Positions 36,567 to 49,611 of a stretch of 64,000 bases of DNA are shown here, piece after piece. Positions within the stretch are counted from its first letter, which is position 1. Each line of letters starts with the position of its first letter. The DNA is from Octopus sinensis (Eukaryota): NCBI RefSeq assembly GCF_006345805.1, contig NC_043018.1:19778001-19842000 (forward strand), in the 5' to 3' direction. Made by a program: the position numbers and the translations under genes. The notes below the pieces were generated by a model, which was given only the letters and a program-made list of their open reading frames with translations, made no database searches and was not told the DNA's origin.

Positions 36567-37548
36567 TTAACCCTTTTGATATTAACCCAGCTGAAACCAC
36601 CTCTGGGTCTGTAATACATATGTCTTGTTTCTATAAGTTTTAAATTAAAACCTTCCACAAAAACCTTAGTCACAATTTATGTTCCTAACACTAGCTGAAT
36701 GATAACCAAGTTATTTTACTAAATTCTTTGTTATATTTAAAATTTAATTGAAAGAAACACAGAGCATCTCAACAGCAATCTGGTAACAAAAGGGTTAAAA
36801 TATATAATAGAGAAACAATTCTTAACCCTTTTGGTACCAACCCAGCTGAAACTGCCTCTGGCTCTGAGTACAAATGTCTTGTTTTCATAAGCTCTGAATT
36901 AAAATCTTCCACCAAACCTTAGTCACAATTTATGTTCCTAACACTAGCTGAATGTTAACCAAGTTATTTTACTAAATTCTTTGTTATATTTAAAATTTAA
37001 TTGAAAGAAACACAGAGCATCTCAACAGCAATCTGGTAACAAAAGGGTTAAAATATATAATCGAGAAAACAATTCTTAACCTTTGGTACCAACCCAGCTG
37101 AAACTGCCTGGCTCTGAGTACAAATGTGCTTGTTTTCATAAGCTCTGAATTAAAATCTTCCACCAAACCTTAGTCACAATTTATGTTCCTAACACTAGCT
37201 GAATGTTAACCAAGTTATTTTACTAAATTCTTTGTTATATTTAAAATTTAATGAAAGAAACACAGAGCATCTCAACAGCAATCTGGTAACAAAAGGGTTA
37301 AAAATATAATAGAGAAACAATTCTTAACCCTTTTGGACAAACCAGCTGAAACTGCCTCTGGCTCTGAGTACAATGTCTTGTTTTCATAAGCTCTGAATTA
37401 AAATCTTCCACCAAACCTTAGTCACAATTATGTTCCTAACACTAGCTGAATGATAACCAAGTTATTTTACTAAATTCTTTGTTATATTTAAAATTTAATT
37501 GAAAGAAACACAGAGCATCTCAAAATAAATATGGTAAAGAAAGGGATA
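36567..37548. mobile_element. tandem array of 4 piggyBac-type MITEs (period about 252-255 bp)
   Basis: Each unit reads TTAA-CCCTTT...AAAGGG-TTAA; units start at 36567, 36822, 37076 and 37324, with the same ~23-bp spacer. Confidence 0.85.
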
Positions 37549-37554
37549 ATAATA

Positions 37555-37760
37555 TTAATAATAATTCTTTCTACTGGAAGCACAAGGCCTCAAATTTGGG
37601 GGAAGGGGTTAAATCGATTACATCAACTCCAGTGCGTAACTGGTACTTATCTAACTGGCCCCGAAAGAATGAAAGGCAAAGTTGACCCCAGTGGAATTTG
37701 AACTCAGAACATAAAGATAGATGAAATACTGCTAAGCATGCTAACAATTCTGCCGCCTTC

Positions 37761-37799
<39 letters not shown>

Positions 37800-38005
37800 C
37801 CTTTCTACACATTTCTCAAATGTGGGGAAAGGGATTAAGTTGATTACATCGACCCCAGTGTGTGATTGGTACTAATATTATCGATCCCGAAAGGATGAAA
37901 GGCAAAGTCGACCCTGGTGGAATTTGAACTCAGAACGTAAAGACAGACGAAATACTGTTAAGTATTTCGCCCGGCATGCTAACGATTCTGCCAGTTTGTT
38001 GCCTT
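37555..38005 (-). mobile_element. two tandem SINE family B copies separated by (TAA)n
   Basis: Family motifs. Confidence 0.8.
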
Positions 38006-39388
38006 CATTAATGATAACAGCATGAAGATATTGGGTTGAAAAGAAATTCCCGTTTCGGATAGAAAATGTCAAAGGCTTCCCAGGAGACTCAAACTTGTCT
38101 CTTGTGGGACATATCTGCGGGTTCTAGCCAAAAAGGGTTTTGTCACCTAATATTTATATATATTGGTCTTTTGGAAATTTTTGTTGGGTAAAAGAAGAAA
38201 GCAGAAGTTACATAAAAGCAATCAGTTTTTCTTTTTTTATATTCCTTTTGACTTGTGAATCTTTTGCCTCTGTTCCTCCATCATTAATTAGCATTCTCTT
38301 TAATAAACTTTACTTAATTCAGTGCTGACATAATTACTGTGAGTGAACTGAGAAATGTTAATTAATTAAAAAATTTACTGAAATCGGTGAGAAGCAAAAA
38401 AAAAAAAAACAACCAAAAACAAGCAAGCAAGCACAAGCAGAGAAACTCGTTAGCTTCTTGATTGAATTCTGGTCAAGAAATGTAAGGGAAATAACTCCTG
38501 ATTTTTAACTTAATTAAATATCAGTTCCAAAGTGGAATGTGAGCGATGCTATGAGGTGGGTGGGTGGCTGGGTGGGTTGGTTGTTGGGGGTCGATGGAGT
38601 TGGGGAGGGAGAAAGTTTGATCTTTCTCTGAAGTTGTTACAATATTTGCCAAGTATCAGATTCCTGCCCCTTCCCCCCTACACTCGTATACATACAATAA
38701 ATGTCCATATTCAACTTTTAATTAATTAATTTCATTTAAATTTCCGAGATATCTTCTCTTGTCTGTCCTTATTTGAATTAATCATTAAATTAATGAGTTC
38801 CTTTTCCCTGCTGCTACAAATGTAATCTTAATTAAAGAAAAAAAACCAGTTACGCACTGGTTCACTATATTAGGTGAGCACTGACTTGACTGTTTATTTT
38901 TCATGCAAATGGCACCCCTGGGTATTTTGCACTCTTTTGATCTTCGTCAAGGTTCATATTCATTTATTCATTTATCTTTCATTGTTTCTGCCATTGGACT
39001 ACGGCCATACTGGAGCATCACTGTAGATAGTCTAGTTAATCAAACTGACCGTTGTACTTATCTTTTAAGCCTGGTGCATACTTCATCAGTCTAACTTTGT
39101 TGAACTGCTAAGTTACAAAGCCTTGAGTTAAGCAATGCCAGTTGTCAAACAATGGTGGTAGGGACGCAAATGAAAAAGCTACCCCCCCCCCACACACACA
39201 CATCCACATCCACACATTATTTGTTTTTTTTAAGTATGGATTACATAAAAACAAAGACAAAGTTGAAGGTTCTCTCAAAACTTTTCTGTAGAATAAAATA
39301 TTTCCTTCATTTCTACAGTCTGATGGTTTCTAAGTCAAAACTTCAAAGTCACTGTCAACCTTTGCTTTGTAAAAATAAAAAAGATTAT

Positions 39389-39629
39389 CTGTCTGTCTGT
39401 CCTATCTATCTGTTTGTCTATCTGTCAGTCTACTCTGTCTGTCTGTCCTATCTATCTGTTTGTCTATCTGTCAGTCTACTCTGTCTGTCTGTCCTATCTA
39501 TCTGTTTGTCTATCTGTCAGTCTACTCTGTCTGTCTGTCCTATCTATCTGTTTGTCTATCTGTCAGTCTACTCTGTCTGTCTGTCCTATCTATCTGTTTG
39601 TCTATCTGTCAGTCTACTCTGTCTGTCTA
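39389..39629. repeat. 46-bp tandem repeat, about 5 copies
   Basis: TCTGTCTGTCTGTCCTATCTATCTGTTTGTCTATCTGTCAGTCTAC. Confidence 0.95.
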
Positions 39630-39778
39630 TGTGTGTAAAATATACTCCATCAAGGTATACTGCCAAGTATCAATGTGTACACACGCACGCACACACACAC
39701 ACACAGACAGACCAATACCAGTTGCCGCGGTGGTGGTGGTGGTGGTGGTGGTGGTGGACAAACTCAAAGAAACACATA

Positions 39779-40140
39779 CACAGGGTGCGGTGAATAAACT
39801 GTCCTCTAAATTATGCAAAAATGAAAATAATACTGCTGTCTCATTTTAACAGAAATATTTACCAAAATTTCATAAAAATATTTTGAAATACTAAAGAGTA
39901 AATTTCTTCAATAAAATCGCCATTGGCTTCGACCACGGCCTCCAGACAACTTCAGAATCTCCTGAAACTCTTCTGGACAGTCTCTTTGTTTTAAGTTGGT
40001 GAATACTGCCATAATCCTTGCCTTCAGTTCATCTTTGTTGTTACAAAGGAGTTTGGTTGGTATCTCACTCAATTGTGCCCTACACATAATAATCAAAGGA
40101 GTTGTAGTCTGAGGAGTTAGGTGGCCAGATGTTAGTCTCT
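39779..40140 (-). mobile_element. Tc1/mariner (maT/DD37D-like) transposase C-terminus with terminal repeat
   Basis: IWPPNSSDYNSFDYYV...KDELKARIMAVFTNL...; TA-CACAGGGTG end. Confidence 0.75.
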
Positions 40141-40499
40141 CATAGTCCAAGAAAGACAATTCTGCAATTTCTTTGAGAACAACCTTCACAGATAATTTTC
40201 TTCGTAGGGATCAAATGTGTGTGCCATCCATTAGCACGCACTCCCTCCATCAAATCAATGTTACCTGAACTGGGGAATGATGTACCACGCATCAAGTGTT
40301 GAAGTGTATGCAGAGCAACATGAAATGAAGTGTTTTGCTTAAGAACAGGACACACCACCCGGTCCAGGAATAGAAACCATGATCTCCTGATCATGAGTGT
40401 AACACCCTAACTACTTGGCCATGTGCCTCCCCATCACACACACATATGTATATGTGGGTATATATATATATCTATCTATATATATATATATATATATAT

Positions 40500-40930
40500 A
40501 CTTTTTCACTCTTTTAGTTGTTTCAGTCATTTGACTGCAGCCATGCTGGAGCACTGCCTTAAATGGTGTTTGTTGAAGCAATCGACCCCAGGATTTATTC
40601 TTTGTAAGCCTAGTACTTATTCTATCAGTTTCTTTTGCTGAACCACTAAGTTACAGGGACACTAGCATTATTTATAAAGCGATGGAAGGTGGACAAACAT
40701 ATACACAAAGACACACACAGATAAATACATACATACATACATACATATATATATATTTATTTATTTATATACATACACGCCAGGCTTCTTTCAGTTTCCA
40801 TCTACCAAATCTACTCACAAGGCTTTGGTTAGTCTGAGGCTATAGTAGAAGACACTTACCCAAGGTGCCACACAGTGGGATTGAACCCAGAACCACGTGG
40901 TTGGGAAACAAGCTAACTACCACACAGTCA
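40500..40930 (-). mobile_element. full-length SINE family A
   Basis: Family motifs. Confidence 0.85.
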
Positions 40931-42864
40931 CACCTATATATACATATATGTAAAAAAACAACAGGCTTCTTTCAGTTTCCATCTAGCAAATCCACTCACA
41001 AAGCTTTGGTGAGCTCAGGGCCATTTAAGACCAAGGGTTGCACAGTGGGACTGAAACCCAAACCACATGTTTGAGAAGGAAGCTTCTCAACCTACTGACT
41101 TTCTGCCTGGATTATTACTTAATCCAACACAGATTCTCAAATCGCTGATTCCCCAGATTCTGGCAACCTCTTCCTTATTACATTTTAATAACTAAATAAC
41201 AACGAGACTCAATGTTTTTGTATTCAAATCTTGTCGTTCTTGTGTTTACCAACACTAAATTAGCTTCATGTCTATTGATGTCTAGTTATTGCAAGACTTA
41301 CTCAATTAACAGTTGATTAGCTGTCTGGATTTTAAAAAAAATTAACATTGATATTGTATTAGCATCATTAACCAGGTGTTACTACACACCGCCACCCTTT
41401 CACAACCTTCAAATTTTTCGTTTTCATTTTATCAAAAGGTCTTTCTGCTGAAGTCATTAAAATTCTCATCTGCACATAGCTAACAAATGAATTTATTTCA
41501 TTTTGGTGGAGTATTATAGACTCAGTTAATTAATCAATTATAATTGCTCTAATAATGGGCCACAACAGAAAAAAAAAACAAAGGGGGAATCTTGTATGTG
41601 GTCATTCTCATTTGGTCTGTTAGAAATAGCAGTCAAGTCTCTTTTAAATTATACCCTACTGCCTTCAGAAAAGGAAAGACATATTGGATTATAGAACCCA
41701 AGGCCTGAGAAGAAAATGAAGCATAGACGGTAGATGCAGACATGGCCATGTGGTAAGAAATCTGCTTTCAAATCACTCGGTTCTGGGTTCAGTCCCACTG
41801 TGAGGCATCTTGTGCAAATATTTCTACCATAGACCCAGGCTGAGCAAAGCTTTGTGAGTGGATTTGGTAGACAGAAACTGAAAGAAATCAATCATATATA
41901 TACATATGTACATAAGTCAAAAAGAAATTGATGGAATGAGTACAAGGCTTAAAAAAAAGTTCTGGAGTTAATCTTTTTGACAAAGGCCTTCAAGTTGGTG
42001 CTCCAGCATGGCCACAGTCTTTCTTTAATTACAGGTCTGCTTGATCAAGACTGACCTAGGGTTAAACAACAGCAGCTACAAGAACAACATCAGCAATAAT
42101 TGTTAGTGAGATTTTGTTTGAGAAATATTTCTTGAATTGGAATAAATTCTCTTTTGCCTCTTCTTTTTCCCTTTTTTTTTTTTTTTTGAGGGAATATATT
42201 TTTATTAATTAATTAACATAATGGCTTCATAAAAAAAATATTTCATTGAATATTTCAGATTTAATTGATACTAAAAATAAAAAAAAAAAAAATAATTGAA
42301 AATTAAAAATTCTTCAAATCTCTGTATAACTATTGTCGGTTTTTTTTGTTTGTGTTTTTGTAAAGAACCACCACATTCCTGCAAGTTTAACTTAACATTT
42401 TTTTTTTTTTTGAATTATTTTGGTTTTATAGAAAATGTGATTGTTTAAAATGAATTTTAGATAATTCATTATAAATTAATTTTTTTCAATCAGGCAATCT
42501 AATTTATATTCCGTCTTTCTATTGTGTTTTCATGTGAAGTTTTGTAAAGATTAATAGTGCTACCTAATTCATCCAGCTAATCAAATTAGATGAAGAAAAT
42601 TTATATTCAGTTCAGCTTCAGCTGTATTCGTGGTGTTCCTTTAGGATTGATGCCATTTCAATTCGAAACCTATTATAGATTCTTTGAAGAAATGCTATTT
42701 TGATACGTAGGTATGGTTGGAAAAGTTTGATTCGTGACAACATTGTTTCATGTACAGATCAGATCTTCTGCTATAGTTCTGGATTGACCAATAAACTGTC
42801 AGAGAATTTGGTAAACAGAAACTGTAAGAAACTTGTCATATATATATATTATATATATATATAT

Positions 42865-43075
42865 TTTTTTTAACTTGTTTCAGTCATTTGGCTGCGGCCA
42901 TGCTGGAGCACCGCCTTTAATCGAGCAACTCGACCCCGGGACTTATTCTTTTTGTAAGCCCAGTACTTAGTCTATCGGTCTCTTTTGCCGAACCACTAAG
43001 TATCAGGGACACAAACACACCAGCATCGGTTGTCAAGCAATGCTAGGGCGTCAAACATAGCCACTCCTGCACCTA
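42865..43075 (-). mobile_element. SINE family A with an internal deletion
   Basis: 3' half fused directly to the head remnant AGCCACTCCTGCACC. Confidence 0.75.
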
Positions 43076-43436
43076 TTATATATTCTTTTATTTGTTTCAG
43101 TCGTTCTTCAAGGCGGTGCCCCAGCATGACCACAGTCTAGTAATTGAAACAAGTAAAAGTACATACACACACAAATGCATGCAGACAGACAGACGGACTT
43201 GTACAAAACTGGTTTTCTGGAACTTTTTCTGGTTGACCGATTTTTTATGAACCAAGGGCCATCACCTTGTTAAGAGACTCTAAACTGAACAAATATTAAA
43301 TTTACTTAACACATTAAATTGAATGCAGGTCTCAGGTATGTTAGTGTGAAAATACTGGTACATAGTGTAGCTAGTGTGAATCATGAGTGGCTCCAGACAG
43401 TCAGTGTCTGGTCAGTTGGTGCTGGACATAAATGTG

Positions 43437-43473
<37 letters not shown>

Positions 43474-44069
43474 GTTTAACATCTTCTTTTCCATGCTGGC
43501 ATGGGTCAGATGAAATCTGTTGAGGCAGATTTTCTTGAGCTGGATGCTCTTCCTTTCATCAACCCTCATTTGCTTCCAAGCAAAGTGATATTTCCCCCAT
43601 CATCATCATACATGTCTCTATGGGAGACTGGAAGCAATCTCACTTGCATGACAATAGGCTTCTTTCTGATTCCATCTTCCAAATCCACTTACAAGGCTTT
43701 GGTCAGCATGGGGCTATAGTAGAGAACACTAGCCCAGGGTGCCACTCATTGGAATTGAACCCAAGACCACATGGTCTAGAAGCAAGCTTCTTGACCACAC
43801 AGCCACATCCGTGCCTCTCAATGTTCACATATTTCACGCTTGAGCGAAGCACTTTTGATATTGTCAGTCCTTGTTGATATATCTGATGACCGATTGGTCT
43901 GTGCTTTCAGGGACCTGTGGAAATAAACATAACTCTTACTTGAAAACAAGATAAAGGTTGGCAACAGGAAGAGCACCAAGCAGTAGAATACTGCTTCAGA
44001 CAACTTGCCATCCAAGCCCCTGCCAGCATGGAAGAGACCCATGCCTCCTGTCCCCATCCCCAAAAGAAT

Positions 44070-44310
44070 CATCATCATCATCATCATCGTTTAGCGTCCG
44101 CTTTCCATGCTGGCATGGGTTGGATGGTGCAACTGGGGTCTGGGAAACCAGAAGGCTGCACCAGGCCCAGTCTGATCTGGCAATGTTTCTACAGCTGGAT
44201 GCCCTTCCTAACGCCAACCACTCCATGAGTGTAGTGGGTGCTTTTTGCCTGCCAGACAAGGCTGGCAAACGGCCACAATCGGATGGTGCTTTTTACGTGC
44301 CACCAGCATG
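44070..44310 (-). mobile_element. SINE family C
   Basis: (CAT)n followed by CGTTTAGCGTCCGCTTTCCATGCTGGCATGGGTTGG. Confidence 0.85.
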
Positions 44311-45346
44311 GAATGTGCCCCTACCAAATATTGAATGAATATAAAGGACACAGAGATAGGAGAACTTTAGAAACACTCTTTTATGTGATGTTGTGGACTT
44401 CATCTGTTTCCTGGCTTAACACCTCCTTCTGGTCTGCAGGTATCTTTAACAAAGACCTCTCTGTTGCAAACCAGGATTCTCTTCTGAGGATAACTTCCTT
44501 CCATCAGTTTTGGAGACTAGAAAATGTCATTGTTCGGTTCAGCCAGAAAAAGCAACAACAGAATAAGTTTGTATTGCTTCCATTTAGTTCTATGAAATAA
44601 ATTACCAAACCATTCTACATTCTATATACATTGAAAATACATTAGTACTGTTGGCAGAACAGTTTGGTCAGCCGAAATAAAACAAAATGCGATAATGACA
44701 TGCGATATATCATCTCAGATAAGTAAATAACCTTTCAGTGTTTTTAAAAAAAACCCTTCTAACCGAGCACATGATTGCCATATTGAATCTATGCTTTGCG
44801 TGTTAAGAATGGATATTCGAAAAAGCAATCACGTTAACCAACTGTGTATCCATACAGAGGAAGAGTGTAGCCAATCGGAATACAATTATTAGCTTTAATT
44901 TTTATTCTGATGATAACATAACGGCGAATCTTTTGATGGTTTATCTGATAAATGGTAAAGCCAAAGTAAGATGAGAGACTGTACACATTCTTTACATACA
45001 TTGGCAGTGATTTATTTATCTGAAAAAAGCCATATCAAGTCGTATCTGTAATTTATTAGATCAAAATAATTGTTCATAGTGGTTTTGATGTATTATCGTA
45101 GTACGTTCACCTTTCTATCGGAGCTGGATCTCACTTTGGAGATATTGAATATCCAGCGGAATCTGTCCAATTCGGATGCATGCAGACCTCTAGCAGTAGA
45201 TTGTAATTCATCGTATTGGCTCGGCTTTTAGTTGAGTTAGATTTATGGCTGGTCAGAGATTGACAGGAACAATGACAACAGCATAGATCTTTTCCTTGTG
45301 TGGCTCTGTAAACATTGAATAATTCTCTACGATAAAATTTTGATCC

Positions 45347-45404
<58 letters not shown>

Positions 45405-45799
45405 AAAATGAGAATGACAATGATGATGATAATCTTAGGTAATTAAGTGCAGCTGGAGTAAAAGAGGTGGATTTGATAAAGTGGGAAATCCATAATAAGG
45501 ATTATGACACAAACAATAATAATAAGAAGAAGAACATGAATAATAAAGATGATGATGATGATGATGGTGATGATGGTGGTGATGGTGATGGTGATGATGA
45601 TGATGATGATGATGATGATGACAATGCCCGGTAGAGATCCTACAGAATGTTTGTCTCTTAGGGATAGCAAAGATGATCAAGAGGGTTCTAAGTACTTGAA
45701 AGACTGCTGAAAATTTGTGGATGCCTAAGGTTACAAGTAGTAACCTGCTACCCACATAAATCCTACGAGAAATAAGACCAAAACCTGAGCCAAATGGAA

Positions 45800-45835
<36 letters not shown>

Positions 45836-46075
45836 CTTTCTAATATAGGTACAAGGCCTGAAATTTGAGGGACGGGCAGTGGTGGTGGTGGTGGTGGTGG
45901 TGGTGGAGATAGTCGATGACATCAACCCTAGTACTCAGCTGGTACTTATTTTAACTGTCCCAGAAGGATGAAAGGCAAAAGGTGACTTAGGCAGAATTTG
46001 AACTCTGGATATGAAGGCATGAAATGCCACTGAGCATTTTGTCCAGCGCACTAACAAGTCTGCCTGCTTACTGCC

Positions 46076-46137
<62 letters not shown>

Positions 46138-46141
<4 letters not shown>

Positions 46142-46350
46142 CGTATTGAGAAGAGCATTGTCGATGTGAGAACTGTTGCTGCTCATGTATTTTAATTTAA
46201 CTTTAAAAAAAAAAAAAAAAAAAAATCAACGAACTACTGAGTTTGGTTTAATGGCCTACCAAAGTATACTATGAGTTTCTTTGCCCTAGGAGTCGGGAAG
46301 ACACTCGGCAAGAAATGGAAGCAAATTTGAAAGAAGAAAAAAAAAAGTAA
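46138..46350 (+). mobile_element. 3' terminus of an R4/Dong-like non-LTR element (family 2) inside (TAA)n
   Basis: Ends in codons HVLRRALSM*, then a 3' UTR and (TAA)n; second copy at 47424-47620. Confidence 0.55.
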
Positions 46351-46374
46351 TAATAATAATAATAATAATAATAA

Positions 46375-47115
46375 TGGGTGCTTGGTACCAACATACACTG
46401 GAAAAAGTAATGCATGAAAACGGGAAGGCAAAAATCCTCTGGTACTTTGACTTCCAGACAGACAGGGTATTAGAGCAACCTTTTGGAGGGTCAAACAAAT
46501 GTGCCTAATAATTGATGTGGCAGTGCCAGGAGATCAACATATCATCATGAAAGAAAGAGAAAGAGTTGATAAATATGGAGACCTGAGAATTGAGATCGCT
46601 AAGATTTGGCAGCTACGAGAGTCAAACGTAAAGGTTATCCCTATTGTCATCAGAGCATTGGATTCAATACCACCCAATCTGAAAAAAGTGTTTGGAAACC
46701 TTGAAAATACCCTACAATCTAGGTGTATTGCAAAAGTCGGTATTACTTGGAACTGCACGCTTATTGCGTAAAGTACTGTCTGTCTGAGGTCCTTGTTTTG
46801 ACTTGACAAACAGTATAAACCCCTGGTAGACACAATATCTGTTTCTTTATTACCCACAAGGGGCTAAACATAGAGGGGACAAACAAGGACAGACAAACAG
46901 ATTAAATCGATTACATCGACCCCAGTGCGTAACTGGTACTTAATTTATCGACCCCGAAAGGATGAAAGGCAAAGTAGACCTTGACGGAATTTGAACTCAC
47001 AACGTAACGGCAGACGAAATATGTCTATGCATTTTGCCTGGCGTGCTAACGATTCTGCCAGCTCGCCGCCTATCTTCAATCAACAACCTCACGATATTGT
47101 ATACTGTGTGACATC

Positions 47116-47117
<2 letters not shown>
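46375..47117 (+). mobile_element. R4/Dong-clade non-LTR retrotransposon 3' end (restriction-like endonuclease region)
   Basis: WYQHTLEKV..ENGKAKILWYFDFQTDRVLE; CLIIDVAVPGD...KERERVDKYGDLRIEIAKIW..VIPIV; LQKSVLLGTARLLRKVLSV*; flanked by (TAA)n. Confidence 0.85.
46838..47070 (-). mobile_element. SINE family B, apparently nested in the Dong 3' UTR
   Basis: Complete family B copy lying between the Dong stop codon and the (TAA)n tail. Confidence 0.8.
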
Positions 47118-47152
<35 letters not shown>

Positions 47153-47375
47153 GTAGTAGTAGTAGTTTCAAACTTTTTGGCACAAGGCCAGTAGTTTTCA
47201 GGAAAGGAATATGTTGATTATATCGACCACAGTACTTTCTTCATGCTTATGTTTCGACCCTGGAAAGAGGAAAGGCAAGCCGACCATCATAGAATTTTAA
47301 TTAAGATCTTAAAGGTGGATGGAATGCCATGAAGCATTTTGCCCAGTATGCTAACAATTCTGTCAGTTTGCCACC

Positions 47376-47423
<48 letters not shown>

Positions 47424-47426
<3 letters not shown>

Positions 47427-47617
47427 TCGATGTGAGAACTATTACTACCCATGTATTTTAATTTGACTTTATTTCTATCAAAAAAAAAAAAATGAACGAA
47501 CTAGTGAGTTTAGTTTAATGGCCTACCAAGGTATACTATGAGTTTCTTTGCCCTAGGAGTCGGGAAGACACTCGGCAAGAAATGGAAGCAAATTTGAAAG
47601 AAGAAGAAAAACCCATA

Positions 47618-47620
<3 letters not shown>
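47424..47620 (+). mobile_element. second 3' fragment of R4/Dong-like family 2
   Basis: Matches 46160-46350; (TAA)n on both sides. Confidence 0.55.
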
Positions 47621-47664
<44 letters not shown>

Positions 47665-47887
47665 TAATCCTTTCTACTGTATGCACGAGGCCAGAAATTT
47701 GAAGGAAGGGATTTAGCTGATTGCATTGATCCCAGTGCATAACTGGTATTTATTTAATTGATGCTGAAAGGATGAAAGGCAAAGTTGGCCTCGGTGGAAT
47801 TTGAACTAAGAATGTAGCGTCAGGCGAAATACCGCCAAGCCTTTCGCCTGGCATGCTAACAATTCTGCCAGCTCACCACCTTAATAT

Positions 47888-47927
<40 letters not shown>

Positions 47928-48162
47928 TAATAATGGTTTCAAATTTTGGCTCAAGGCCATTGAATAATATTGTGGACAACATCAATATTTATTACGGTCG
48001 AAAAGATTGTACCAATTGCAACATACTGTGAAGACAGCTGTTAGTGGAATGACATCTTTCCTTCATTACCTCCTGCCTTTCATGTGTATCAAGCTTAACA
48101 ACAACAACAACATTGATTTTATTTTTATTTTTTATTTCAATTAATTTTTTTTCTTATTACTT

Positions 48163-48195
<33 letters not shown>

Positions 48196-49235
48196 TTTGT
48201 TCCATCTTGAGCCATGCCTGGCTCATAAGGGCTGGTTTTCCTAGTTTCCTTGGCGTATAGGTTCCACCAACCAATCAGATGCGCTCAAATGGATCACATA
48301 TTCTCTCGGTGGAAAAAACCTTTACATTGCTGTAGAGCCCAGCATTTTCCTTAAACAGATCGGTTTTTCTCCGCTTAAGGAGTCTAGCTTGCATTTGCCA
48401 GCAAGAAGCTATGTGCTCGCTTTCTCCACGTTACGACACAATGAAATTCATCACCGCTGACACTGTCAATATTGCCGCTACCAACTCTTACTGCATCTAA
48501 CCCTGACAACGACAACATCATAATTCATCCTCGTGCATGTAAACTCACTAAGTGAATATGACTTTTAGCGGTCCCACAGAAACCTTCATTTACCTTATAC
48601 AATGTTTAATATCATTTCACATTGAATTATGCAGCAATCTTAGGTTCTCTTCAGAGAACATTTCTACTGTATGTATTACCAGTTCTTCTGGTATATTAGA
48701 TTTTTGCTATTCTTCTTTATGTCTCCTCACAGACATGTATATTCTAACAAGTCGCTTCTTAAATTTCACACCTCTCTTGTTCAATAAACACGGAGTTAAA
48801 CTTGCAAAGCTGTTATTTTCTCCTGTTGACTTTTAATGTTTATTTTAGCAGGTTATCAAACTATCATTTTTGGTTTCCCTGATAAAATTTGATTATTTTT
48901 TTTTTCTCCTAATTTCCCTTGTTCTATTGTTTTGATTTGTAACTTGTATAGTCCATGTGTCCAGAGCCTGAAGATTACTAGGAGACACTAGGCGTATTTT
49001 AAAACCTGCTTAGATAATATCTTCAATGTATGAATTGATTTGTAGCTCATAACCATACACTGTGTATATTAAACAATATTTATCTCCCACCACCAGATGG
49101 AGTACTTTTTCTTGTTGATCTTACCCTGATGGAAAAATAAACTATATATATATATATATATCTATATATATCTATATCTATCTATCTATCTATCTATATC
49201 TATCTATATCTATCTATCTATCTATCATCTATCTA

Positions 49236-49357
<122 letters not shown>

Positions 49358-49563
49358 ATATATATAATTTTAAATTTTAAATTCTATTGGATTTTATTCA
49401 TAAGGTATTGGAATCTTATATGTATACCATTCTGCCTAAAAAAATAGATTTACAAATGCAATATCCCTACATATCTCACATCTATTTTCTTATATTTCCT
49501 CCACCTCACTCTCTATTTTATATCTTATCTAAATTAACTATTTCTTAACCATCTTCTCACACC

Positions 49564-49611
49564 GTCTACGATGAAGGGATATAACAAATATCCCCGAAAC
49601 AGCTGTAAGAC
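49564..49611 (+). ncRNA. degenerate minimal hammerhead-like motif
   Basis: GUCU-ACGAUGA-A-GGGAUAU-aacaa-AUAUCCC-C-GAAA-CAGCUGU-A-AGAC; palindromic ACAGCUGU. Confidence 0.45.

Noticed and set aside
38558-38576. G-quadruplex motif GGGTGGGTGGCTGGGTGGG
   Set aside because: Part of a (GGGT)n-type microsatellite, which also occurs at about 25126-25141; nothing suggests function.
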